Below, piece after piece: positions 50,048-59,164 of a DNA stretch of 64,000 nt (positions are counted from its first letter, which is position 1; the number at the start of each line of letters is the position of its first letter). The notes beneath the pieces were generated by a model. The model searched no databases. It saw only the letters and a program-made list of their open reading frames with translations, and was not told the DNA's origin. A program made the translations under genes and the position numbers. Origin of the DNA: a virus (Duplodnaviria; Heunggongvirae; Uroviricota; Caudoviricetes); the IMG/VR virus record IMGVR_UViG_2693429668_000006. One strand, given 5' to 3'.

Positions 50048-51220
50048 TGCTGCTATACCTTTTACCTTGCTTAAAAGTTCAAGCTGTCGTGAGTAAGGTT
50101 TTGCGCAATAGTAGGCTTTGATAATCTGCCCCGGTGTCGCATCGCCGGGGTCGAGTCCTTCCTCGCCCAAACACGCAACTTTGACATTAAGACCAATACT
50201 GGTCAGTCGCCTGGCTGCGGCCATCGTGTTTCGTATAGCTTGCTTTTCACTATCCCACATCATGATCACATTACGTAATCCACGCGCCTTGAGCGTCAGG
50301 AACGCGCCCAACTGATCTTCTGCATCCTGAGTGGTGTTGCCAGATAGATGCATCCCGAACGTTCCTATTGGCTCCACGTAATCACGTAATGTTTCTTCGT
50401 CGAAAATAGCTCGTTTGACCCCCATAACATCGAACGCACCCTCACAGACAACTACAGTCTGTTTGCCGACTGCATTATGGCCGTTGTAGAGAAATTTACC
50501 TGAAGCTGGAAGCTGCATAGGAAAGAGGTAGCGGCGTTCTGCTGTACCGGTAATGTCTCGTCCCTGAAATGTCTTCATTACCCCATCCAGATCGTAAACC
50601 GGTATCAGTATTCGCATATCGAATATCTGCCCTTTTACCTGATCTGTATACGGATCTACATAAGCGTGCTTGCCTTCGACGCAGTATCGTAGGTCAAAAT
50701 ACTTTGCCATTTCAGGTGATATGTTTCGTTCAACCAGATAGTCTGGAAGACGGCCATCTATAGGAAGCTCGTAATGACGAGGGAGTGCAACTGGCCCCTC
50801 TAACTCGACTGTGCTTGCAAGCACTAGCTCTTCTTTCTTTGGTGTCCACCCCTGGGAAAGAAGAGCGTTCTGCACATATTCCTCGAACTGTCGTCGTGAT
50901 TTACCGCTGTAGTGCTTGAGGAAGACCAGCTTATTGAACTGAATCTCTTCGGGATGATCACCAGCGAAGCATTTGCCGACGCCACTGGTCAGATTGAAAT
51001 ATACCTTCCAGTTGGAGCTGCCGCATACCGGACACTCTTTGATATTCACTTCACGACCGCGAGCACTCACGCCTCCACGTCGATAAACGATACCTTCAGT
51101 ATCCAACCATTGTTCAAAATCTAATTCGGCAATTAGCTCTTTCAGCTCGCTCACGATAATTCCACTTTTAACAGGCAATATTGTGACCAACCTAAATGTT
51201 GATATAACATAAAGGCTCAT
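50039..51220 (-). CDS. DnaG-like DNA primase (zinc finger + TOPRIM)
   Basis: zinc-binding CPVCGSSNW...GKCFAGDH; TOPRIM VVVCEGAFDVMG / MWDSEK; ATG at 51220 with conserved initiation context. Confidence 0.7.
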   Translation of the reverse strand: MSLYVISTFRLVTILPVKSGIIVSELKELIAELDFEQWLDTEGIVYRRGGVSARGREVNIKECPVCGSSNWKVYFNLTSGVGKCFAGDHPEEIQFNKLVFLKHYSGKSRRQFEEYVQNALLSQGWTPKKEELVLASTVELEGPVALPRHYELPIDGRLPDYLVERNISPEMAKYFDLRYCVEGKHAYVDPYTDQVKGQIFDMRILIPVYDLDGVMKTFQGRDITGTAERRYLFPMQLPASGKFLYNGHNAVGKQTVVVCEGAFDVMGVKRAIFDEETLRDYVEPIGTFGMHLSGNTTQDAEDQLGAFLTLKARGLRNVIMMWDSEKQAIRNTMAAARRLTSIGLNVKVACLGEEGLDPGDATPGQIIKAYYCAKPYSRQLELLSKVKGIAALV

Positions 51221-51301
51221 GTGTTTTTCTTTTGTGGTTTGGCAAAAGAAAAGTTGTTTCACCAATGAATCAAGCGTGGAGGTGTTCTCCACGCTTATTT
51301 T

Positions 51302-52642
51302 TTAGGTAACGTCTAAGATTCGCTCAATGAAGCGCATTTGTTCGAGGTTTTGTTTAACGCGAATGCTGATCCCTCCCTGCTGGTTACGTGAACCGGCAAA
51401 GTAGAGACGAGCCTCTCCTTTCGCTTCTTCTTCTTCGGTTTTGTTGATCGTTATTACCAGGTCAGCAATACGTACTTTTTCGATGTTGTCGGCAGCGTGC
51501 ATCATTGTGGCAACTTCTGACGCGCCACCTTCACGGTTTGTCTGCGATGCCGTGATCCCAGCAACGTTATGCTTGTCATAAAGAGCACGTAAATCGGTGT
51601 AGATACTACGAATGTTGGCGCGATCATCACGAAGGTCATAACTGGCACGCATCAAATCTGCGTAGTCGACAACAACCATGTCAGGCACCATGCCGTTGGC
51701 TTTCATGCTGTTAAGCATACGGTCCAGATCTGCCGGTGACATACTTCCTGACGGACGCTCAACAACCCACAAACTACCAATCCCCTTAGAGGCTCCCAAC
51801 TCTGCCAACTTACGATGAACTTCATCGCGCCGTTCCACCAACTTGGACATTTCCGTCTCCGACAATCTTGCATCAAAACGGTCGGACAAAATGTTGGTGT
51901 GAACCTCCAGCGAGAGATACAGAACATTGTAGCCAGCAAGCGTTGCGTTTATGGAAAACTCGCCCATTGCGGTCGATTTACCGGATTTAGCGAACCCCAT
52001 GAAGAGCACCATTTCGCGCTTTGCCCAGCCTTTTTGGTACAGCAACCTATCGAGAAGAGGGAGTCCAGTTGTAATACTGTTTGGTACATACTCCTCTGAA
52101 GCCTCATATTCACGCGCTTTCAATCGCTCACTTGCGGAGGTGTAGTAGTCATAGATTCCGGTCGCTTCGTTCGATCCAATCTGCTGAACCTTGGCCATGA
52201 TTGCCATCGCCCCCTGAAAGTCGCCCTTCTCTTTCAGTTCAGCAGCCTTAATCAGAGCATCATCAAACGCTACGCTTTTTGCGAAGGTTGATACCTGGTC
52301 AACCATGTACGAGGTATCGGACAATTTTTCTGCAAGGATGCGCTTAAACGCAACAACAACATCGGCGAATAGTTCCTCACGGATAGTCTTATCGCGTTTC
52401 GCACGCTTAAGCATATCCAGAATTGCAGATGAAGAGGGCGCGCTCTTGTACATACGGTAATAGCCCGAAACCATATTAACCAATATGGCATTGGCCGCAT
52501 TGGCAAATTGGCTAGGCACAACCAGATCTCCCGCACGAGTAAGAAACTCGTGATCACGACAAAAATATGCCGTCAGTCTGTTCTGGAAATCTTCATCAAA
52601 CTCTTCGGACAGCCCGCGTCCTGTATGGCAAAGTTCGGTCAT
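51302..52642 (-). CDS. DnaB-family replicative helicase
   Basis: Walker A GFAKSGKST, RecA-like C-terminal domain, 446 aa. Confidence 0.75.
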   Translation of the reverse strand: MTELCHTGRGLSEEFDEDFQNRLTAYFCRDHEFLTRAGDLVVPSQFANAANAILVNMVSGYYRMYKSAPSSSAILDMLKRAKRDKTIREELFADVVVAFKRILAEKLSDTSYMVDQVSTFAKSVAFDDALIKAAELKEKGDFQGAMAIMAKVQQIGSNEATGIYDYYTSASERLKAREYEASEEYVPNSITTGLPLLDRLLYQKGWAKREMVLFMGFAKSGKSTAMGEFSINATLAGYNVLYLSLEVHTNILSDRFDARLSETEMSKLVERRDEVHRKLAELGASKGIGSLWVVERPSGSMSPADLDRMLNSMKANGMVPDMVVVDYADLMRASYDLRDDRANIRSIYTDLRALYDKHNVAGITASQTNREGGASEVATMMHAADNIEKVRIADLVITINKTEEEEAKGEARLYFAGSRNQQGGISIRVKQNLEQMRFIERILDVT

Positions 52643-52655
52643 GTGCTTTCCTTTG

Positions 52656-52680
52656 TTTTTTAAACAAATTGTTTTCTAGT
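52656..52680 (-). promoter_or_regulatory. class-B palindromic motif TTTTTTAAACAAATTGTTTTCTAGT
   Basis: upstream of helicase start. Confidence 0.4.
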
Positions 52681-52685
52681 ATTAG

Positions 52686-53426
52686 TTAATTAGATAGGGG
52701 ATCAATAAACCGCCGTGCTTCTTCCAGTTCTTCTGGAAAGTGGGCGGAAATAAGGCGCTCTGGAACGATTTCCATTAGCCAGATAGCGGAGAAAATTGCG
52801 CGTATGCGCTTACTGCGAGGGATGGTGCGCAAACGCTCCAGAATCCACTCAAAATAGCTTTCCTGAATCGGGTTGAACTGCATGTCTCCCATATGCTTAA
52901 AGCTAACCAGAGAGTCATCCAGACGGGTTGTTGCGCGTCTGGCTAATTTCTCTTCAAATATCTCAATCAGTTCTGGCTGCCACAAATGCTGTGGGCGAGG
53001 CAGCTTGTCCCACAGACGTCGTGCAGCTGCGGAAAGAACAGTGGAGATAAAGTAGTCGTATGAGCAGCAATAGCGATCCGCAAACTGGCGTGCTTTCCAT
53101 AGCGACGTTTTATTAGCAGTCGACAACTCCTGATAAGGCAAGCGTTTTAACCCGGTGGTGAACGGAGCTGTTTCAAAGTGTTCACGACCGTGCGTCAGCA
53201 TGATATTTGAGTACTGACGTTTGTATGCCTCCGTAAACAGACAGGTGGCCATGAGAGGATGCATATCGCGGTAATCAAACCACTTCGTCTCAAACAGTTC
53301 AGCCTCGTCTTTGCAGCGCGACAAACCAATGTTTTCAGCAACCCACTTGTCCATAACAGCGGTATTCCACTCTGTCATGAAGTCGTACTGGTCGTTGTCG
53401 ATGGTATCGAAAAAGATTTGGCTCAT
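52686..53426 (-). CDS. hypothetical protein (246 aa)
   Basis: ATG at 53426 with AGGTGA RBS (track GTG start at 53435 rejected). Confidence 0.5.
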   Translation of the reverse strand: MSQIFFDTIDNDQYDFMTEWNTAVMDKWVAENIGLSRCKDEAELFETKWFDYRDMHPLMATCLFTEAYKRQYSNIMLTHGREHFETAPFTTGLKRLPYQELSTANKTSLWKARQFADRYCCSYDYFISTVLSAAARRLWDKLPRPQHLWQPELIEIFEEKLARRATTRLDDSLVSFKHMGDMQFNPIQESYFEWILERLRTIPRSKRIRAIFSAIWLMEIVPERLISAHFPEELEEARRFIDPLSN

Positions 53427-53437
53427 GTGGCTCACCT

Positions 53438-53459
53438 GGTAGGTAGTTACTTACTTATC
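53438..53459 (-). promoter_or_regulatory. class-A palindromic motif GGTAGGTAGTTACTTACTTATC
   Basis: immediately upstream of 53426 start. Confidence 0.45.
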
Positions 53460-53540
53460 ACAATGAGCGGATGATAGCGACTGGTGGCAGTTTTTGGAAG
53501 TGGAAACGGAAGGGACTTGTTCTGGTGGGTGTCTTTAAAA

Positions 53541-53599
53541 GACCTGCTTCTGTATATACAAATAATAAGTAACTTATTAAATACATACGGAAGCAGGTC
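53541..53599 (-). terminator. composite hairpin element: 10-bp stem GACCTGCTTC/GAAGCAGGTC around 39-nt AT-rich loop
   Basis: second copy of the element at 3369-3427; directly downstream of KAP-like NTPase stop. Confidence 0.5.
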
Positions 53600-53607
53600 A
53601 TAATCTA

Positions 53608-55314
53608 TTAATGATTGAGTATTTTATTAACACGCAGCTTATTAAGTGTTGATTTTGAAGCAACTTCCTCCAAAGCTTCTATTGCTTTATCAGTGATGCT
53701 CTTCTGTTCGTCTGTCGGGTGTTGCATACCCTTGAACTTGAGCATAGTCTCTTCTACTAAATTCAAAGCATCCTGATCACAGGATAATATCCAGTTTACG
53801 TAATCATCTTTAGAAAAACTGTTAAGAATATTCACATCACTATGGTTAAATCTTCCACCAGCTATTTTTTTTATAATTTTATCTAAGTTATAGTCATCTG
53901 GATTTCTATCTTTCAATTTTTTTTCAATTCTGAAACCTAATTCTTCATTTCCGAAGATCTCTACTCGCAAAGAATTAAATGTAGCATACGCATTGTCTTT
54001 ATTAACAAAAGCATCTGCATATGCCTCTATAATATTATTACAATCTCTATCCAATTTGATTAGGACATTTATTAAACCTACGAACTGTCCAATTGGTATA
54101 CGCAACAGACTATCGTTAATTACGCGCTCAATTTGAAAAATAAACTCTGATTCATTATCTTTAAAAGAGTTTCTAAAAACATCCCAAATTTTATAAACCT
54201 CACATAAAACCCTATTATCTCTATATTGTTCATTTTTTTCTTTTATTATATTTAGAATATTGCTTTCAGAAGACACATAACCGTTCTTAAGGTAAAAATC
54301 TATATCATCATCGAAAGCACTTTCTGCTCGTTCATAAATAATATCAAGGCTATTAACAAATGAATATACAGAGTTAACTTCTTCCTTTTCATCTTTATCA
54401 TCTAACATATAGTCGAATGCATGTATATTTTTGATTGACTCCTTAAATGAAGCATAATCAACGCTAGGAACACCAAAATAGTAAACCACTGAAAATAAGA
54501 CCAATCTATTAATAAAACTTTCTCTAACCTTATCCTCTGCTAACTTTAGCACATCTCTAAATATAACTAGAGATGATTTTATTTTATTTAATATTCTAAT
54601 GTTTTTGATGTTTAAATCATTTGCTAGGTTTTTTAACAAAAGAAAATCAGGGTCAGTCTCATAAAAAACTTTTCTTAAGTTTTTCTCAGGCGTGGGATCG
54701 TATTTTATTTCCACATCAATTATTTTTTCTCTATACTCTAAAAACTGTTGTTGTGCAGTTTCTTCATGTAAGTTATCTTCATTTAATATTAGAACAACCT
54801 TGCAATTTTTTCTTCTTGCCAACTCATCAATTACCCCCATAATCTCTTTAATTTCTAGCGCACTACCTTTTCGTTCAATATCATCAATGCAAACCAAATA
54901 ATTATTAACAAATTTATACTCAAGAGATGACAGCAGATTATCAGTTTTGAACCCAAAAAAATCGTTCTTTCCAAAATGTATTAAAAATTTTGACAAGGAG
55001 TTGTATTTCAACCATCCCCAAAACCCATTTCTATAACGAATCATAGTTCGATCCGTTTCAGATAAAATCAGTTCTTTATATTTCTTTTCATTAATTGGTG
55101 TGGCACAATGATAAAGAGCTTTTTTAATGTCTCCAATAGAATTTATTCCAAACAAAGAAACATATGAATATGCATTAAAATCTAATTTTTTAGAATGTTT
55201 AGTATAAAAGCTATTCCAATAATGCGTTTTACCTACTCCCCAATTTCCTTTTATGACAGCAACCCGATGATCTGAGTCCAAAAAATTTTTTAAAAATACT
55301 TCTATCGATTCCAT
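53608..55314 (-). CDS. KAP-family-like P-loop NTPase (568 aa), AT-rich accessory gene
   Basis: Walker A GNWGVGKT (GxWGxGK[ST]), Walker B LVCIDDIERK (hhhhDD[LI][DE]R); strongly AT-rich. Confidence 0.55.
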   Translation of the reverse strand: MESIEVFLKNFLDSDHRVAVIKGNWGVGKTHYWNSFYTKHSKKLDFNAYSYVSLFGINSIGDIKKALYHCATPINEKKYKELILSETDRTMIRYRNGFWGWLKYNSLSKFLIHFGKNDFFGFKTDNLLSSLEYKFVNNYLVCIDDIERKGSALEIKEIMGVIDELARRKNCKVVLILNEDNLHEETAQQQFLEYREKIIDVEIKYDPTPEKNLRKVFYETDPDFLLLKNLANDLNIKNIRILNKIKSSLVIFRDVLKLAEDKVRESFINRLVLFSVVYYFGVPSVDYASFKESIKNIHAFDYMLDDKDEKEEVNSVYSFVNSLDIIYERAESAFDDDIDFYLKNGYVSSESNILNIIKEKNEQYRDNRVLCEVYKIWDVFRNSFKDNESEFIFQIERVINDSLLRIPIGQFVGLINVLIKLDRDCNNIIEAYADAFVNKDNAYATFNSLRVEIFGNEELGFRIEKKLKDRNPDDYNLDKIIKKIAGGRFNHSDVNILNSFSKDDYVNWILSCDQDALNLVEETMLKFKGMQHPTDEQKSITDKAIEALEEVASKSTLNKLRVNKILNH

Positions 55315-55365
55315 TGGTGTCTATCCTTCAACTCATATATTGGGCGTAACAAACGCCCAATATAA

Positions 55366-55725
55366 TCACCCTTTCTTCATCAACTCGCGTTTAATTTCAT
55401 CGGTACGCATCGTGACATCGGCAGCTGTGATCGCCTCGTTAAGTTTCACGATGTCCTCGATTTCCTGCGGTGTCTTCTCCGCAAGATGGAAAATAGCAGC
55501 ACGAATCACGTCAGAACGAGTGAACTTCTCGAAGCGAGGGATGAACTTCATCATCTCCAGCAGTTCGAAGTATTCGTCCTCCAGTGACATTGTGCGGCTT
55601 TTAATTTTCTCTTTGCCACGAGTCGGGCGTCCCTGTGGTCTGACTGGTTGGCGCAAAGGAGTTGTGTTCTTAGCCGGTGCATCAGGCTCTTTGCGCTTTG
55701 CTAGGTCACCCATTTTCATGGACAT
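55366..55725 (-). CDS. small partition partner protein (ParG/ParB-like candidate, 119 aa)
   Basis: translationally coupled downstream of parA; basic N-terminus. Confidence 0.4.
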   Translation of the reverse strand: MSMKMGDLAKRKEPDAPAKNTTPLRQPVRPQGRPTRGKEKIKSRTMSLEDEYFELLEMMKFIPRFEKFTRSDVIRAAIFHLAEKTPQEIEDIVKLNEAITAADVTMRTDEIKRELMKKG

Positions 55726-56393
55726 TATTCTTCTTCCTCCAGACTCAACAGATAATCTACAAATTCTTCAAACTCGGCTTCCGCCTTTTTGTCGCGCTCG
55801 CTACCGGTCATTTCAAAGATAGAACGACCAGACTCTTCCGCATCATCATAGACGTTGCGGTTATATAGATTGACTGGCGCAGACTCGATGCCAAACGTCT
55901 CAACAATCTCTTTAGCCGCCAGAATGCGAGACACTTGTGATGGCAAAGCCGGGCACTGGTTCATGACCGCGCGGACCTTCACTTTATCGTTTACATTACG
56001 AACATTGTCGATAATAGGATCGATGTCACGCAGAGATTTCAAATCACGACGCTTAGGACGAAGCGGGATAATGATAACGTCGGCCATCAGCATCGCTTGT
56101 CGCTGAATTTCGGAGTCAAAGCCACCAGCATCTACCACTACAAACTCAGCTCTACCCTGAAGCGATTTTAGGTGCTTAATGATGTCATCCTGAACGTATG
56201 CAAAAGGAATCAGCTCAAGGTCTTCGTTCTGTCGACGGTCTTCACACCAGCTTGTTGTCGTGCGCTGAATATCTATATCAGTGATATAAACCTTCTTCTT
56301 CTTTTTGACTTTCAGGCAAACGGCAATTTGCTGGGCAACGGTGGATTTGCCAGGCCCGCCCTTTGTGCCGCCAACCACAAAGATCTTGGTCAT
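55725..56393 (-). CDS. parA: ParA-family partition ATPase
   Basis: deviant Walker A VVGGTKGGPGKST; 222 aa small-ParA size. Confidence 0.8.
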   Translation of the reverse strand: MTKIFVVGGTKGGPGKSTVAQQIAVCLKVKKKKKVYITDIDIQRTTTSWCEDRRQNEDLELIPFAYVQDDIIKHLKSLQGRAEFVVVDAGGFDSEIQRQAMLMADVIIIPLRPKRRDLKSLRDIDPIIDNVRNVNDKVKVRAVMNQCPALPSQVSRILAAKEIVETFGIESAPVNLYNRNVYDDAEESGRSIFEMTGSERDKKAEAEFEEFVDYLLSLEEEE

Positions 56394-56425
56394 TGGAGAG
56401 TTCCCTTTGCGTCTATTATTATCGT

Positions 56426-56450
56426 CTGAAACAACTTGTTTTCTTATATG
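56426..56450 (-). promoter_or_regulatory. class-B palindromic motif CTGAAACAACTTGTTTTCTTATATG
   Basis: upstream of parA. Confidence 0.4.
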
Positions 56451-56711
56451 TGATATAGCCTAAATGCCTACGGCTACGGTGTAAAGGTTAAATGGTAGGT
56501 TGTGGTTAACAATTGGCAATCATAGCTTGTATTTGTCTGTTGAAAAAAGTAACAATGACCTCTATATTACAAGTACGGTGATATGCCGTACACAATTTGA
56601 TAATGCACACGTAATGGGCTATAGCCTTTTAAAGTAATTTTTGAGTCGAAAACTCAGTTTGAACAGAGGAGATTGATGGCCTTCCTACATCACGGCCATC
56701 AGGAGGAATAC

Positions 56712-56981
56712 ATGTCAGCACTAAAAAAGCAGCGCATCGATTTGAGATTAACCGATGACGATAAAAGCATCATCGAGGAAGCTGCCGCAATGTCTAACCA
56801 GAGCATTACTCAGTTTATGGTTAGCAGTGCATCTGAACGTGCCGTGAAAGTTATAGAGCAACACCGTAGACTAGTTCTGAATGAAGAATCCTGGAATCTG
56901 GTTATGGACGCTATAAGCAATCCTCCGGCACCGAACGACAAGCTGAAACGAGCTGCTGATCGTCTGAAAAGCATGGAGTAG
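56712..56981 (+). CDS. tacA: TacA-like antitoxin (DUF1778, RHH)
   Basis: ATG at 56712 after AGGAGG RBS; typical TacA N-terminus MSALKKQRIDLRLTDDDKSIIEEAAA. Confidence 0.7.
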   Translation: MSALKKQRIDLRLTDDDKSIIEEAAAMSNQSITQFMVSSASERAVKVIEQHRRLVLNEESWNLVMDAISNPPAPNDKLKRAADRLKSME

Positions 56982-56988
56982 TTTACTC

Positions 56989-57510
56989 GTGAGCAATACA
57001 ACGATAGAGATTTTCTCTGGAGAGAAAGATTATGATCTAAACGGTTTTGATTGCGGCGAAGAGTCACTAAACGCCTTTTTAGCCAACCACTTAAAAAGGC
57101 AGCATGAGGGAAAAATTCTTCGTGCTTATGTGCTTTGCACTCAAGAAGAAAGGCCAAAAGTGTTAGGATATTACACTTTGTCAGGTAGTTGTTTTGAAAA
57201 GGAGTCCTTACCTTCAAGAAGCAAACAAAAGAAGGTTCCTTATCGGAATGTTCCAAGTGTTACTTTGGGTAGGCTGGCTTTGGACAAGTCCCTTCAAGGT
57301 CAAGGATTTGGCTCAATGCTTGTAACACATGCAATGCGCGTTGTGTACAATGCATCTCTTGCTGTAGGCATTCATGGACTTTTCGTTGAGGCGTTAAATG
57401 ACAAAGCCAAGGCGTTTTATAAAAGTTTAGGCTTTATCCAGCTGGTTGGTAACAACGAGCGTTCTTTGTTCTATCCTACAAAATCTATCGAAAAATTGTT
57501 CGAAGAATAA
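56989..57510 (+). CDS. tacT: GNAT acetyltransferase toxin (TacT-like)
   Basis: GTG start 8 nt after tacA stop; GNAT acetyl-CoA motif (RLALDKSLQGQGFGSMLV). Confidence 0.7.
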   Translation: MSNTTIEIFSGEKDYDLNGFDCGEESLNAFLANHLKRQHEGKILRAYVLCTQEERPKVLGYYTLSGSCFEKESLPSRSKQKKVPYRNVPSVTLGRLALDKSLQGQGFGSMLVTHAMRVVYNASLAVGIHGLFVEALNDKAKAFYKSLGFIQLVGNNERSLFYPTKSIEKLFEE

Positions 57511-57542
57511 TGTGTTCCCCTCATTTGAGGGGAACTTCGACA

Positions 57543-57758
57543 TCACCAACCACAAACCCTCTCTCCCATCGTATTGTGAAAAAGGATTTGGCGTTCGGTT
57601 TCTTCAGTCATTACATCATTATTGCTGATATAGATAGGCTCAGCCCCATCGCAGAACAACACGCTGGCTGTTTGTGGTTTAATGACGCACCCACTTATCA
57701 TACAACTCACGATGAACGGCAGAAGCATCTTTCTGACGTATTTTACTGCTCGTCTCAT
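57543..57758 (-). CDS. o-spanin (Rz1-like lipoprotein), embedded out of frame in i-spanin gene
   Basis: signal + lipobox MISGC; overlaps 57679-57930 in another frame. Confidence 0.45.
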   Translation of the reverse strand: MRRAVKYVRKMLLPFIVSCMISGCVIKPQTASVLFCDGAEPIYISNNDVMTEETERQILFHNTMGERVCGW

Positions 57759-57930
57759 TCACCACTTTCACTGTGTTTTGAAGTCGTTTTCTGTCTTCCT
57801 GTTTTGCCTTCTCTTCCATTGCTCGTCGCGCCGCATTCCCGCCCATCGTGTAAGCGCCGACAAGAACGAAAAGAACGGCAGCCAGCGTAATCAAAGCAAC
57901 TTTTAGCTTTGTCATCAGGCTGCCTAGCAT
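57679..57930 (-). CDS. i-spanin (Rz-like)
   Basis: N-terminal TM helix then charged coiled-coil. Confidence 0.5.
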   Translation of the reverse strand: MLGSLMTKLKVALITLAAVLFVLVGAYTMGGNAARRAMEEKAKQEDRKRLQNTVKVVNETSSKIRQKDASAVHRELYDKWVRH

Positions 57931-57931
57931 A

Positions 57932-58651
57932 TTAGACCATCCCTTTCTGGTGTTTTCTTACCTGCGACCAGGCAATGAATCCTGCCACAACAATAGTGGC
58001 AATACCGAAGATGATGCGTACTGTATCCCCGCTAGAGATATGACCTTGTGCTTTATCCATAGCAGCGGAAACCTGCGGCATAACATCGGCCAGCTGCGCC
58101 AGACCAATACCTGCTGTAACAGTTGCGCCTGCGGTTTCTTTAGTTACAGGAACAGCCTTCACGGTTTTCACCGGCTTAACAACGCCAGCTCGACGCAGAC
58201 CTTCCTCAATAACTTCTGCCGCATACCAGGTGTTCAGCGTTTTTAGCGGGCCTCGGCCATTCTCGTGGCGAATGATTGCCTCAACCAAAGGTCGAAGGAT
58301 GTCGTAATCATGCAGATCGATGATCATGTCTGCGGTTACACCAACGGCTTTAGACACCTCATTAATGTAGGCGTCAGTATTGTTTTCATTCGGCGGTGCC
58401 CAGCGTTCAATAACTTCACGAATGGTATCGATACTTGTGCCGTCTTTTGCGCGACGTTTATCGTGGTAGGTAATTAGAGTCACCGCCAGCGCACGAATCC
58501 CCCAAACAGGGTCTTTAAACGTGCAAAAGCGCGGTTCGTCTGGATTCGCAACCAGACCTTGCCACGGTGATCCTTTATCAAGATTACCGGGGTTATTATT
58601 ACGAATGCCTCTCGGAGTCTTCATCCTTGATCTCCTGTTATTGCAGTCCAT
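57932..58651 (-). CDS. putative lysin (peptidoglycan hydrolase candidate) with C-terminal hydrophobic segment
   Basis: position between holin-like and spanin genes; IRNNNPGNL motif; call is contextual. Confidence 0.4.
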   Translation of the reverse strand: MDCNNRRSRMKTPRGIRNNNPGNLDKGSPWQGLVANPDEPRFCTFKDPVWGIRALAVTLITYHDKRRAKDGTSIDTIREVIERWAPPNENNTDAYINEVSKAVGVTADMIIDLHDYDILRPLVEAIIRHENGRGPLKTLNTWYAAEVIEEGLRRAGVVKPVKTVKAVPVTKETAGATVTAGIGLAQLADVMPQVSAAMDKAQGHISSGDTVRIIFGIATIVVAGFIAWSQVRKHQKGMV

Positions 58652-58961
58652 TTTTTACGCCATACGCGGCTAACCCCAAAAGCAGTGCAGTAATAATGAA
58701 CGACGTTATTTTAGAAACAATGCCGCCAAAGAACCCACTGGAGATGGAATCTAACCGGTTAAGGAGCTTGTCCAGGTTGGAGTGTTGAATACTATGTTGC
58801 GCCGGGGTCATATCACCAAAGTAGGTTTTCAGCTGATCATTGACCTCCTGGCCAATTTCTTCACGTAGCTCTTTGCCTAATTTGCCAACAACCTCCCGAG
58901 CAACGATCGCGGCAATACGCTCAACTTGCTCTGTTGTAACGCCCGCCATCTCGTTCGACAT
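58638..58961 (-). CDS. holin-like small membrane protein
   Basis: 107 aa, C-terminal TM helix; first gene of lysis cassette. Confidence 0.4.
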   Translation of the reverse strand: MSNEMAGVTTEQVERIAAIVAREVVGKLGKELREEIGQEVNDQLKTYFGDMTPAQHSIQHSNLDKLLNRLDSISSGFFGGIVSKITSFIITALLLGLAAYGVKNGLQ

Positions 58962-59022
58962 GTTTTCCTCCGTGAAAAGTCAAATCGGGATGGCGGATTT
59001 ATATCACACTTCTCCTTTTAAT

Positions 59023-59047
59023 TGTAGGTATATACTTACCTACCTAT
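59023..59047 (-). promoter_or_regulatory. class-A palindromic motif TGTAGGTATATACTTACCTACCTAT
   Basis: upstream of lysis cassette. Confidence 0.45.
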
Positions 59048-59164
59048 ACATATACCGTTTAACGGTTGTTCATATTCGCATCTAGTAACTCACTAATATA
59101 TCCCTATGATTGCGGCTGTGAAATCGCATTTTTAAACCACACAGCCATATAAATAATGTCTAAA

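Noticed and set aside
55331-55353. Palindrome ATTGGGCGT-N5-ACGCCCAAT as an intrinsic terminator
   Set aside because: No U-tract follows on either strand; more likely an operator or RNA hairpin between the par operon and the KAP-like gene, so left unannotated.
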